From: a virus
Lineage: Duplodnaviria > Heunggongvirae > Uroviricota > Caudoviricetes
IMG/VR virus record: IMGVR_UViG_2585427793_000004
Span: 1 to 19,514 of that record
Length of the DNA: 19,514 bases
Reading direction: 5' to 3' (one strand)
The notes beneath the pieces were generated by a model, which ran no database searches, was not told the DNA's origin, and saw only the letters and a program-made list of their open reading frames with translations. Shown here one piece after another: positions 8,160 through 16,438 of the stretch; position 1 is the first letter of the stretch, and each line of letters starts with the position of its first letter. The position numbers were made by a program, and so were the translations under genes.

Positions 8160-8310
8160 GATTCCACTATCCTAAAAAGTTATCCGTGCGGATAACCGCG
8201 CGGTTATCCACTCGGACAAAGAATAAGAACACAAAAAGAACTTGTCAAATGTTCTTTTGTGTTTTTTATGTGTCTGCACTTTTTGTCTTTTAATTCAATT
8301 GGATAAGCAA
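8160..8310. promoter_or_regulatory. Divergent early/repressor promoter-operator region
   Basis: 151-bp gap between the divergent ner and repressor genes. Three alternating GTTATCC half-sites at 8179-8209 (GTTATCCG-TG-CGGATAAC-CGCGCG-GTTATCC), plus an imperfect palindrome CACAAAAAGAAC-N9-GTTCTTTTGTG at 8230-8261. Confidence 0.6.
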
Positions 8311-8922
8311 ATGAAACGTGAGACTCAAAAAGAACACAATGGTTCTTTTGCTCCTGATTCAAAAGAACCTGTTATCAATAGAATTTTTAAACTAGTAGAT
8401 CGCTATCGTTCGAGAAATGAAGCTGCGAAAGCGTGGGGAATCAACATCAATACGTTACAGAACTATTACAAACGTAAAGACCTCTCTCCAGTACCAAGAA
8501 AAACTCTGTTAGAAAAGATAGCGCAGTGTGAAGGGGTCAGCCTTGAATGGCTTCAAACCGGAGAGGGAAAAGAACCAGAAATGAACATAAAAAGAACTCA
8601 AGACGGTTTAGTGCCGCCTCATTCAGATTTAGATGATAAAATCCTATCGCTGATCCGCTTTTTGTCTGATAGCGAGAAAGAAGCGTTATTCCAGGTGCTT
8701 GCTCGCAAAGGGATAGAAACACTACTTTTTCTCCTTGACGAAGATAATATTCGCTTACTACAAATGGATCGCGTAGTGAAAGAGAAAATCCTGGGAATCC
8801 AGCCCAGAACGCCCGAGGAGCAGGCTTTTGCAGATAACGAGGCGAGAGAGTGTGATACCACTCATCCTTTACGCCATGAACAGTCCAAGAGCCTGACAAC
8901 TAAAAAGCAGCAGGCCCGCTGA
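8311..8922 (+). CDS. Phage repressor with CI-type helix-turn-helix
   Basis: Track ORF 8242-8922 starts at a TTG; first ATG is 8311 (MKRETQKEHNG..., 203 aa). NEAAKAWGININTLQNYYKRKDL...EGVSLEWLQTGEG resembles the phage CI-repressor HTH. Only convincing + strand gene in the window, divergent from ner as the Mu repressor is. Confidence 0.7.
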   Translation: MKRETQKEHNGSFAPDSKEPVINRIFKLVDRYRSRNEAAKAWGININTLQNYYKRKDLSPVPRKTLLEKIAQCEGVSLEWLQTGEGKEPEMNIKRTQDGLVPPHSDLDDKILSLIRFLSDSEKEALFQVLARKGIETLLFLLDEDNIRLLQMDRVVKEKILGIQPRTPEEQAFADNEARECDTTHPLRHEQSKSLTTKKQQAR

Positions 8923-9089
8923 TAGTAGTTTGCCTATTTCATTAGGCTGTTTTCGATGTTGGTGTAGAACTATGTCAACGCTGTAGCGGCCTGCTGATAC
9001 TCATTGCGGTAGATGTATGACTAAAACGAAGAAAAGATTTACTGCGAGCGAGGGAGTTTAAAAACCATCGAACAGTATTTGAAGGTTTT

Positions 9090-9249
9090 TTGACGTAGTA
9101 TCAAAAGTTTTACCCAAACTGGCATTTTCCTTTGATGGTATCAAAAAAGCGGTAACACGAAATCAGCCTAACAACACAACCTAACTCGTTGTTTTATCCC
9201 GCCAAATCCCGTTTATTCTAATGTTCTCCCGGTTTTCTCTCTGGTATCA
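9090..9249 (-). repeat. Mu-type left end (attL-like) with three direct copies of a transposase-binding-like repeat
   Basis: On the element strand the motif TTTGATAC(C/T)A-N5-8-AAAA occurs three times (+ strand GTATCAAA at 9099-9106, 9143-9150, 9245-9252), spaced like Mu L1/L2/L3. Element-strand sequence from 9249 inward, TGATACCAGAGAGAAAACCGGGAGAACATTAGAATAAACGGGATTTGGCGGGAT, resembles the Mu left end as I recall it (...GAAAAAAACCGGGAGGACATTGGATTATTCGGGATCTGATGGGAT...). Exact terminus uncertain by about 10 bp. Confidence 0.55.
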
Positions 9250-9627
9250 AATAAACTCCTTCTCAATAAGCAGGGTGCCACCGGCATAAACAATCTCGCC
9301 CCCCTGCGGATCCGGCATCCATCCAAGCAGGGCTTTCCAGAGTTCTCTCCGGACATCATGAACGGCGTCATAGGCTGCCCACTGCCCTTTTTCATCACGC
9401 TCATTGCTGAGCACAACAATCACGGAGAAGCCTTCTGTCAAATCCTGCCAGTAATCGGTCTGTGATTTTTGTTCCCCCGGTGCATCGTCAGAGGGAACCA
9501 CATAGGCAGCAGGCAGTCGCAGTTTTCCGGCATCAGGGATCGCCTTAAACTGCGCCGCGCCACCAACACGATCCTCAAAACGCGGGCATCGCTCACGCAA
9601 CGCCGCAATTATCGTTGTCAGTTTCAT
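9247..9627 (-). CDS. Phage neck / tail-terminator-like hypothetical protein, 126 aa, possibly 3'-truncated by the Mu-like insertion
   Basis: ATG at 9627 overlapping the stop of the upstream gene. Its TGA stop (9247-9249) falls inside the first bases of the putative Mu-like end, so the native C-terminus may be replaced. Family assignment is a guess from position after a gp10-like gene. Confidence 0.55.
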   Translation of the reverse strand: MKLTTIIAALRERCPRFEDRVGGAAQFKAIPDAGKLRLPAAYVVPSDDAPGEQKSQTDYWQDLTEGFSVIVVLSNERDEKGQWAAYDAVHDVRRELWKALLGWMPDPQGGEIVYAGGTLLIEKEFI

Positions 9628-10148
9628 TTATGCTTCCTTTTTACCGGACGTAACGAACGCTGCAGCTCACGGGACAACAGTTCCTGCGTCCAGTGACGCC
9701 GCCGCTCAATAACGTCAGCCATAAAGTTATTACGCGGGGCCAGCCGGAAAGTCGAAGAATGGTGCTTCTTCTGCCGCTTATCCTTTTTGTCCATTCCATA
9801 CGCTGAATGGCGAACGCCGTAATACAGAAATGCCGGATAATAGGATGCGCCTTCATGGAAACGGCGATTCCCCTGCCCGTTTTTCTGGTTAGGAGAAATT
9901 TTCACCATCAGTCCGGGGCGACGCGTCGTTTTTTTGGGAACGTAATAACCGATGGAGCGGGCCAGACGCCCGGTCTGATATCCCGGATTCTCTCCCGGAC
10001 CGGAACGCCCGCGTTTAATCACCAGACGTCTGGCGTCGCGCATATAGACGCGCCCGATCTGCACAAATGCCCGCCGCAGACGGGCACGATTAAACTCCAG
10101 CTCCTTTGGTTGTTTAAAGTCGACGTGTAAAAATGCTGTCTGATTCAT
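9624..10148 (-). CDS. HK97 gp10-family head-tail joining protein
   Basis: Track ORF 9624-10187 trimmed to the ATG at 10148 with GGGGTGA RBS (MNQTAFLHVDFKQPKELEFNRARL...). Motif RGRSGPGENPGYQTGRLARSIGYYV resembles the conserved PG...TGRLRRSI signature of the HK97 gp10 family. Confidence 0.65.
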   Translation of the reverse strand: MNQTAFLHVDFKQPKELEFNRARLRRAFVQIGRVYMRDARRLVIKRGRSGPGENPGYQTGRLARSIGYYVPKKTTRRPGLMVKISPNQKNGQGNRRFHEGASYYPAFLYYGVRHSAYGMDKKDKRQKKHHSSTFRLAPRNNFMADVIERRRHWTQELLSRELQRSLRPVKRKHK

Positions 10149-10530
10149 GGCATTCACCCCATCGTCGCGCTGTACGCAGTTCCTCACATTCCAGTAATAA
10201 AAAACGTCGCTGACCGTTCAGGTCGCGTATTCGCCGGATCCGGTACTCCTGACCGTAATAAACCACCTCATGATCTGCCGTGATGCCGTGACGGAAACGG
10301 ATTGTAAAATAATGCGTAACGACATTTTCTGTCTGCACTGAGCCCTGATAAGCGGCAGCGCCTGGCTGAGCCACCTTTGCCCAGACATCAAACGACTCCG
10401 GATACGTTGGCTCCGTACCAAAATCAGCGGTGGGTTCATCCACCCGAAGGCGGATCTTTATCCGGCGATTCAGCTCTCCGGGATCCGGTAAAAGGTAAGT
10501 GGCACTGGTCTGACTTTGCCTGATTTTCAT
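10114..10530 (-). CDS. Head-tail adaptor / head closure protein
   Basis: Track ORF 10114-10563 trimmed to the ATG at 10530 (ATGA overlap with the connector stop). ...PGELNRRIKIRL...WAKV...YRIRRIRDLNGQRRFLLLECEEL is the typical head-tail adaptor signature. Confidence 0.7.
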   Translation of the reverse strand: MKIRQSQTSATYLLPDPGELNRRIKIRLRVDEPTADFGTEPTYPESFDVWAKVAQPGAAAYQGSVQTENVVTHYFTIRFRHGITADHEVVYYGQEYRIRRIRDLNGQRRFLLLECEELRTARRWGECHESDSIFTRRL

Positions 10531-10850
10531 AGCGGGACAATCCTGTAAGGGCCAGCAAGCCATCTGAAACTCATTGGCGTTTCCAGTTTCTCCACATCGG
10601 TGATCGTTGAGCGATTTTCATAAAAATGACTGACCAGCATCAGCATTGCCAGACGAACGTCATCAGTCAGATGCATCCCGTCAGGATCGTCTTCCGGAAT
10701 CGTCTCTTCCGGTGCATACAACTTCCTGTTCAGGTATGTCTCTGTTCTTTTCTGTACCGCCTGTGCCAGCAATTTCAGAAAATCGCCGTCACTGTACAAA
10801 CCATCATCGAGCCGGAGGTGAGATTTAATTTCCTCTTCTTTCAGGAGCAT
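10527..10850 (-). CDS. gp6-like head-tail connector protein
   Basis: The supplied track lists this ORF as +, but the translation MLLKEEEIKSHLRLDDG... is only obtained from the reverse complement: ATG at 10848-10850, strong AGGAGG RBS, TGA at 10527-10529. N-terminal ...EEIKSHLRLD... is the usual gp6-type connector start. Confidence 0.75.
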   Translation of the reverse strand: MLLKEEEIKSHLRLDDGLYSDGDFLKLLAQAVQKRTETYLNRKLYAPEETIPEDDPDGMHLTDDVRLAMLMLVSHFYENRSTITDVEKLETPMSFRWLAGPYRIVPL

Positions 10851-10861
10851 ATTTTCCTCCT

Positions 10862-10883
10862 GTGCCCGCCATTACGCGGGCAC
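10862..10883 (-). other. GC-rich stem-loop between major capsid and connector genes
   Basis: Perfect inverted repeat GTGCCCGC-cattac-GCGGGCAC, between the MCP stop (10896) and the connector RBS. On the - strand the U-run precedes rather than follows the stem, so not a canonical terminator. Confidence 0.4.
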
Positions 10884-10895
10884 AAAAAAACCGCA

Positions 10896-12122
10896 TTACG
10901 CAGTGGCTTTCTGGCGGGTTGCAGCCCCAATTTTCATCAGCTTAATCGCCTGAGAATCCACCAGCATACCGCCGGTTCGCTTGGTGGTATAAAAACCCAC
11001 AAACGGTTTGTTGGTGTACGGATCGCGCAGGATACGGGTACCGATGCGATCAACGATGGTATAGCCACGTTTGAAGTTACCAAACGCAATGGCTTTTGCA
11101 TCGGCGGCAATATCCGGCATCTGCTCATTCTCAACGATGCCATACCCTGCCAGAGAAGAAGGCTGACCCAGCTCAATACCCGGACGCCACAGATAATTTC
11201 CGTCGTTATCCTTCAGCAGACGAATGGCAAACAGGCTGCTGTTGTTCATCATGAACTTCGCGCCGCTGCGGTGCGCCTTACGCAGGGTGTAAATCAGTTT
11301 AATGATCGCATCAGCGGTCACGCCGGAAGCCGCACCGGAAGCGATATGCTGAAGTTTGCCAAACTTACGGGTTTTGTCATCTTCATCGGTGGACTCATAA
11401 GCCAGAAAACCTTTTGGTTTTTTGCTGCCGTCGCCACTGGTAAAGGCCATTTCTTCCTGTTCGGCAAATTCCAGCGCCAGCTCACTGTTGATCCAGTCTT
11501 CCACATTGAAGAAAGCGTCATCGAGCATTTTCTGGGTGGCCTGCGGGTTGCCGTAGATTTCCCCCATAAAGGGTTCAATCAGCCCCAGTTTTGAGGTGGC
11601 GGTTTCCGGACGCGTATCCGTTTCCCCCACCCATCCGGACTTAGTGCCGCCCAGATTCACCAGTTTTTTATAATCCGAGCCACCGAGGGTGATCACGGTG
11701 GCTTCCTGGCGCATCACCACCTCATCTTTCAGCAGCGTCAGGATGGTACGATCCAGTTCTTCCGGAATGGCATAACCACCATCTTCATCATTGCCCACCT
11801 GAAGCGCCTTACGTTCAAGTTCACGCAGACCGTCTTCACGCCCCTTGCGCATAAATCCGATAAACGCTTCTTTGTGTTCACCGGCAACTTTATTTTTCGT
11901 GCCGCCTGCCGGACGCTTAACTTCAGCCAGCTCAGCCTCAAGATCGCTTTTCAGGTTTTCCAGCTCGCTGATTTGCCCGTTCAGGCTTTCCACCTGTTCG
12001 GCCAGCTTGCTTTTTTCCTGTTCGATCGCGTCAATGCGCTTGTCGTTTTTTGCCTTAAAATCGTCAAACTTCTGCTGCAAATCCTGCGCGACCTGTTCAA
12101 CGTCTTTAATATCAACAGCCAT
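10896..12122 (-). CDS. Major capsid protein, HK97 fold, with N-terminal scaffolding-like delta domain
   Basis: 408 aa; ATG at 12122 with AGGAG RBS. N-terminal ~100 aa are coiled-coil-like (KLAEQVESLNGQISELENLKSDLEAELAEVK), followed by a capsid domain, as in HK97 gp5-type proteins. Confidence 0.9.
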   Translation of the reverse strand: MAVDIKDVEQVAQDLQQKFDDFKAKNDKRIDAIEQEKSKLAEQVESLNGQISELENLKSDLEAELAEVKRPAGGTKNKVAGEHKEAFIGFMRKGREDGLRELERKALQVGNDEDGGYAIPEELDRTILTLLKDEVVMRQEATVITLGGSDYKKLVNLGGTKSGWVGETDTRPETATSKLGLIEPFMGEIYGNPQATQKMLDDAFFNVEDWINSELALEFAEQEEMAFTSGDGSKKPKGFLAYESTDEDDKTRKFGKLQHIASGAASGVTADAIIKLIYTLRKAHRSGAKFMMNNSSLFAIRLLKDNDGNYLWRPGIELGQPSSLAGYGIVENEQMPDIAADAKAIAFGNFKRGYTIVDRIGTRILRDPYTNKPFVGFYTTKRTGGMLVDSQAIKLMKIGAATRQKATA

Positions 12123-12135
12123 TATTTACTCCTGG

Positions 12136-12786
12136 TTAAAATTTAAGATTTTTCAGTGCATTCAGTGCGACATCCACATCCTCAGCATCACGCAGGGATA
12201 AAGCGCCATATCCCCCGGCCATGAATGCTTTGGCCTGGGTTCGCGAGAGTCCAACATCGCGCAGGACTCGCTCAATAATTTTCTGATCAGGGATCTCCCC
12301 ACGCGCCAGCGCATTTTTCACATCGCTGATGCGTGCTTCATCATTGGAAGGAAACGTCACCAGACTGACCTCCCACAGGTCGATCTCTTTCAGCAGGAAT
12401 ACCCCTTTTTCCCGGTCGTACTCCCAGTCTTTCAGGATGTAGCCAACAGAAAGGCCGGTTAAAGAACCGGCCTTCATATGGGCGTGTGCACGTTTTGCCA
12501 GGGGATCATCATCAACGAGTAATCGCCCCCTGACATAAAGCCCGACATCATCTTCTTTCATTTCGGTGTACACACCGATGGGCTCATCCATGCGGTGCTG
12601 CCAGAGCAACGCAGGCAGCGCCTTTTTTTCGCTCCATTTCTGGAGTGTTGTGGTAAAGGCACCGGGGACCACCACATCATCGTGGCTGTCCTTTACACCA
12701 AAGACGGAGCCATACCCTTCAAACTCACCGGAGTCACTGACAGATTTCAGACTCAGCGGTACATCAAGACGTTGTTTCGTCTGCAT
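12136..12786 (-). CDS. Prohead maturation protease (HK97 family, S78-like)
   Basis: Track ORF 12136-12822 trimmed to the ATG at 12786 with AAGGA RBS (MQTKQRLDVPLSLKSVSDSGEFEGYGSVFGVKDSHDDVV...). Lies between portal and capsid genes. Confidence 0.8.
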   Translation of the reverse strand: MQTKQRLDVPLSLKSVSDSGEFEGYGSVFGVKDSHDDVVVPGAFTTTLQKWSEKKALPALLWQHRMDEPIGVYTEMKEDDVGLYVRGRLLVDDDPLAKRAHAHMKAGSLTGLSVGYILKDWEYDREKGVFLLKEIDLWEVSLVTFPSNDEARISDVKNALARGEIPDQKIIERVLRDVGLSRTQAKAFMAGGYGALSLRDAEDVDVALNALKNLKF

Positions 12787-14005
12787 TGGCGTTATCCTTC
12801 TGCTTACCGGCTTTACTGCCATCGGAGGGTTTCGTGGTCATGTTCATCGGTGTGAGATAGACATCACCACCGGGACGCGGATTCATATCTTCCAGGTCGC
12901 GGCAGTCATTGGGAGAGTAAATTCTCCAGTTGATCCCCGTGGCGTAGGCTTCAAAACGGGATTTCATATCCCCGCGCAGTAACGCCCCGGCGTTAAATTT
13001 GGCGTAAAACTTCCCCTGTTTGCTCTCCCTGACCAGCCCTGTATTGATCCGTTGTTCAATACGGGTCAGATACGGCACAAGGGAATAGTTGATAAATCCG
13101 AGCCCCAGCTCTTCAATATTGTTGAAAGTGGCGCGATCGGTGTTCTGCACCATGTGCAGCGGCACGCGGAAAAGACGACAGATTTCTTCCAGCTGAAACT
13201 TGCGGGTTTCCAGGAACTGGCTGTCCTCGGCGTTCAGTGCCACCGGCTTCCAGTCCAGCCCCATTTCCAGAATCATCGGACGGTGCGCATTACCCAGCCC
13301 AAGATGCCGCTCCTCAAAATCCCTCTTCATGCGCTCATAAGCATCCGGCGTGAGCTTTTGTTCCGTACGCAACACACCGGATGTCACAGCACCGTTACCA
13401 AACAGCCTGGCGCCGTGCTCCTCGGTTGCCGCTGCCAGTGAAATGGCCTCGCGCGCATATGCAATGGGATTCAGACCGACAAGTCCATCCAGCGTCAGGG
13501 TGCGCACATGCCAGATTTCATCCTGGGTCAACACATCCACGGAGCCATCCGGAAACGTCACCTGATAAACCGGCTGCCACTGGCTGTTCAGCTTCGGCTC
13601 CACACAGCCCGGATCTATCGGAAGAAGCTCCACTACTTCCCCCAGCGCCTTCACCTTGTAGGCGTAAAAATTCCCCCGCAGACACAGGCAGACAATAACC
13701 AGCTCCCAGAATTCCTGCGGCGTCATGTAGCCATTGGGTTTTGCTGAAATCAGCTTATGCAGCCGTTCATCCACCGCCCGTGTTTTAAGGGTGCCGCTGA
13801 TTTTGTAGAGACTGCAGGGCAGCATACCAACAGACTCAGCCAGCACCCTGACGCAGGAATACACCGCCGTCAGCCGCATGGCCCGCTGGCTGCTGATCCG
13901 CTTTCCGGTATAGGTGTCGTATGACAACCCCAGCTCTTCCGCAAGCATCCCGGGCGTTGTGACGGGGGTGTTATTTTTACGTTGAAAAAGCCCCTGGAAA
14001 AACAT
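12764..14005 (-). CDS. Portal protein (HK97 family)
   Basis: 413 aa; ATG at 14005 with GGAGGTGA RBS. Size and position between large terminase and protease are canonical. Confidence 0.85.
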   Translation of the reverse strand: MFFQGLFQRKNNTPVTTPGMLAEELGLSYDTYTGKRISSQRAMRLTAVYSCVRVLAESVGMLPCSLYKISGTLKTRAVDERLHKLISAKPNGYMTPQEFWELVIVCLCLRGNFYAYKVKALGEVVELLPIDPGCVEPKLNSQWQPVYQVTFPDGSVDVLTQDEIWHVRTLTLDGLVGLNPIAYAREAISLAAATEEHGARLFGNGAVTSGVLRTEQKLTPDAYERMKRDFEERHLGLGNAHRPMILEMGLDWKPVALNAEDSQFLETRKFQLEEICRLFRVPLHMVQNTDRATFNNIEELGLGFINYSLVPYLTRIEQRINTGLVRESKQGKFYAKFNAGALLRGDMKSRFEAYATGINWRIYSPNDCRDLEDMNPRPGGDVYLTPMNMTTKPSDGSKAGKQKDNANADETTS

Positions 14006-14187
14006 TACTCACCTCCGGAGGCGACCCGGTGACCACGATCGAGATAACGCGCAACCAGCCACGACCAGCACAGACACAGCCCCCCGGCAACAACAAAACC
14101 CGCCGGGGGATAAATCAGCCAGGCGCCATACGCCAGCAAAAGCACACCCAGCACGCCCACCAGAGGCGTGAGAATTATCAGAAACAT
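14005..14187 (-). CDS. Small two-helix membrane protein, 60 aa, inserted between terminase and portal
   Basis: ATG at 14187 with GAGG RBS; stop overlaps the portal [52 protein letters not shown] has two hydrophobic helices. HK97-type modules normally have terminase and portal genes adjacent. Confidence 0.45.
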   Translation of the reverse strand: MFLIILTPLVGVLGVLLLAYGAWLIYPPAGFVVAGGLCLCWSWLVARYLDRGHRVASGGE

Positions 14188-14198
14188 AATGACCTCGG

Positions 14199-15956
14199 TT
14201 AAAGCGAGCGAATACCAACGCTGACCAGATGTTCAGACAGATCCGGCTCCGGTTCACCGCCATTGACCAGCATCCGGCTCATTGCTGTAAACATCGCAAC
14301 AGGGCCGTCGATTTTGGCTTCCGGCGTGGATTTATTCGGGAAGATATTGTCGTTTTTGTCCGGTTTTACCGTAACGTTAGACATCATCCAGTTCATGACC
14401 GGATGATTGCTGTGGTGGAAACGCCCGGCATAGACCAGTGATTCCGTTTCCTTCATGGCCTCTGACAGATTGCGGACCGTCTGCGGAACTTCCACCAGCG
14501 GTATACCTTCTTCAGTCAGCGCCAGACTGAACTGCATTGCGCTCCACGGGTCAAATCCCAGTTCCCTCAGGTTTTCACCGCCAATCCATTCCAGTAGGTC
14601 ACTTTTGATCTGAGCATGATCGATAACATCACCATCCGTCAGGATGAGCTTACCCATCTCCGCCCACTTCCGGTAAAGTTCTGCCTGCTGCCGTGAGCAT
14701 CGTTCCAGCCGTCCTTCCGGAAGCCAGAATTTAAAATCGGCATGAACATGCCCGTTATCCGTTCGCCAGAGTTTTGCCGCCGCACAGATATCAATCTTAT
14801 GAGCAAGGTCGACGCCGACCCACATGGGATATGTTTTCAGCTCATGCTGTGGAGCAATGTATTCGCACTTCTCCCACTTAATCATGTCCATCCAGGCAGA
14901 CTCTGCTGTTACCCACACATTCATGTGTTTGGTAAAAAAATTCACCCGCGCAGAGACCTGTTCTTTCGCTTTTTTCGCCAGGCGACGCAGATCATCCCAG
15001 CGTTTACAGATGCCCAGGCCGGGATTCGCTTTCTGCCAGACCGTTTCATCAAACGGATCATCTCCCTCATCGAGGGTGTAAATAATCGCAAAGTAGGAGT
15101 CGTCTTTTACCGCGCCCTCCACGTCGCTGTTATAGCCTCGCAATACCTTGATGGCGTAATCGCGTTGCTCGTAACAAATCCCTTCCTTGTTAAAGCCAGC
15201 CGTGGTGATACCAAATAACAGGGACTGCAGACGGGCACCGGTTGCCGTTTCCAGAACGTCCCACACGTCGCGGGTTTTATGTGCATGCAGCTCATCAATA
15301 ATGGCGCAGTGGATGTTCAGACCATCCAGGTTGTTTGCATCCGAGGAAAGCGGTTCAAATTTTGATGCGCTCTGCTCCTGGTAAATCGCCAGCTTGTTGA
15401 AATCAAACAACCGCCCGAGTGTCGATCGGGCTTTTCTGACCATATTTTTGGCGTCTTCAAACACGATTCTGGCCTGGTCACGCGTGGTTGCGGCTGAATA
15501 CACCTCAGCCCCGCCTTCACCATCTGCCCCCGTCATATACAGACCGATACCTGATGACAGGGTTGATTTTGCGTTTTTACGGGCGACTTCGTTGTACGCT
15601 GTCCGGAAACGGCGCACCATCACCGGGCGTCCGCTGCCATCGCTGCGCATGACAACTTCCCCGGTCTCTTCATTCACCAGCGGAATGACAAAACCAAAAA
15701 TATTAATGAGGATAAAAACATGCCAGTCCATCAGTTCAATGGGCTGACCTGCCAGCGCCCCTTTTACATGGGGCACAAATTTGTAGAAATTCAGGATGTG
15801 CTGCGCACGGGGTTCACTGAAATAAATCCCCCGCTCTTCGCCGTACTTCAGATCATCAAGAAAACGCTGGCAGGCCAGACGGACAAATTCACCAGCGACA
15901 ATTTCTCCTGCAACAACACGTTCGGCGTAGCGGATCCCGTCAGCCACTTTTGCCAT
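14199..15956 (-). CDS. Terminase large subunit
   Basis: 585 aa; ATG at 15956, ATGA overlap with the small-subunit stop. Size and placement between small terminase and portal. Confidence 0.9.
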   Translation of the reverse strand: MAKVADGIRYAERVVAGEIVAGEFVRLACQRFLDDLKYGEERGIYFSEPRAQHILNFYKFVPHVKGALAGQPIELMDWHVFILINIFGFVIPLVNEETGEVVMRSDGSGRPVMVRRFRTAYNEVARKNAKSTLSSGIGLYMTGADGEGGAEVYSAATTRDQARIVFEDAKNMVRKARSTLGRLFDFNKLAIYQEQSASKFEPLSSDANNLDGLNIHCAIIDELHAHKTRDVWDVLETATGARLQSLLFGITTAGFNKEGICYEQRDYAIKVLRGYNSDVEGAVKDDSYFAIIYTLDEGDDPFDETVWQKANPGLGICKRWDDLRRLAKKAKEQVSARVNFFTKHMNVWVTAESAWMDMIKWEKCEYIAPQHELKTYPMWVGVDLAHKIDICAAAKLWRTDNGHVHADFKFWLPEGRLERCSRQQAELYRKWAEMGKLILTDGDVIDHAQIKSDLLEWIGGENLRELGFDPWSAMQFSLALTEEGIPLVEVPQTVRNLSEAMKETESLVYAGRFHHSNHPVMNWMMSNVTVKPDKNDNIFPNKSTPEAKIDGPVAMFTAMSRMLVNGGEPEPDLSEHLVSVGIRSL

Positions 15957-16438
15957 CAGTCTCTCGCTTTTAAAAGTTCTGCCAGCGGATCAACATCATC
16001 CGGTCCGGCGATATTTACTTTCGCCCGGCTTGCCGGTGACATACCAAATTCTGCAAGCATCGCCCGGATCCGCTTCCAGGCATCCGCTTTCATCGCAGCA
16101 GCCGGGTGTGCCTTAATCAGCACATCACCGTTCTGCGTTTCCGTGCGGTAGGTATAACCCTCAACATCGAGTGTTTCGCAGTGATGCCGGTATTCGGTGT
16201 AGGCTTCCACCAGCAACTCGAGTGCACGCGCATCAAGCTGAGAAATGATCCCTTCCGCATTCAGCTCTTCCGCCATTCGCCTGAACCAGTACTTTCCCTG
16301 CGCCCCTAAATGCTGCGGAATTTTAGGGAGACCTTTTTCGTCCTTTTTAGCGGTTTTTTTGGCGTCTTTAACGGGACGCTTTGAGGGATTGCCTCGTATC
16401 AAATGCAGGCGTGGCGGGGGTTTCGGGGGGCCTGACAT
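15956..16438 (-). CDS. Terminase small subunit (P27-family-like)
   Basis: 160 aa; basic, Lys/Pro-rich N-terminus (MSGPPKPPPRLHLIRGNPSKRPVKDAKK) then a helical domain; directly upstream of the large subunit. Confidence 0.75.
   Translation of the reverse strand: MSGPPKPPPRLHLIRGNPSKRPVKDAKKTAKKDEKGLPKIPQHLGAQGKYWFRRMAEELNAEGIISQLDARALELLVEAYTEYRHHCETLDVEGYTYRTETQNGDVLIKAHPAAAMKADAWKRIRAMLAEFGMSPASRAKVNIAGPDDVDPLAELLKARD

Larger units (their letters stand above)
1..9249 (-). mobile_element. Mu-like transposable prophage, left ~9.2 kb (continues beyond window start)
   Basis: Canonical Mu left-arm order on the element strand: end repeats, repressor (divergent), ner, A, B, small early genes, gam, gemA, mor, then the start of a lysozyme gene. 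The flanking sequence on the high-coordinate side belongs to a different phage module. Confidence 0.75.

Noticed and set aside
9213-9419. 68-aa - strand ORF overlapping the putative Mu-like end and the neck-like gene
   Set aside because: Overlaps a better-supported CDS in another frame and runs through the end repeats; no RBS.
10527-10850. Track annotation of the connector ORF as a + strand gene
   Set aside because: The + strand has no start codon at 10527 (it reads TCA there); the listed protein is reproduced exactly by the - strand with ATG at 10848-10850 and TGA at 10527-10529.
10626-11594. 322-aa + strand ORF antisense to the major capsid gene, and similar long + strand ORFs antisense to structural, transposase and terminase genes (e.g. 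14742-15218, 5257-5685, 7312-7626, 12566-12982, 13052-13441)
   Set aside because: They lie opposite well-supported - strand genes, have no convincing RBS, and give low-complexity or Arg/Pro-rich translations typical of shadow ORFs.
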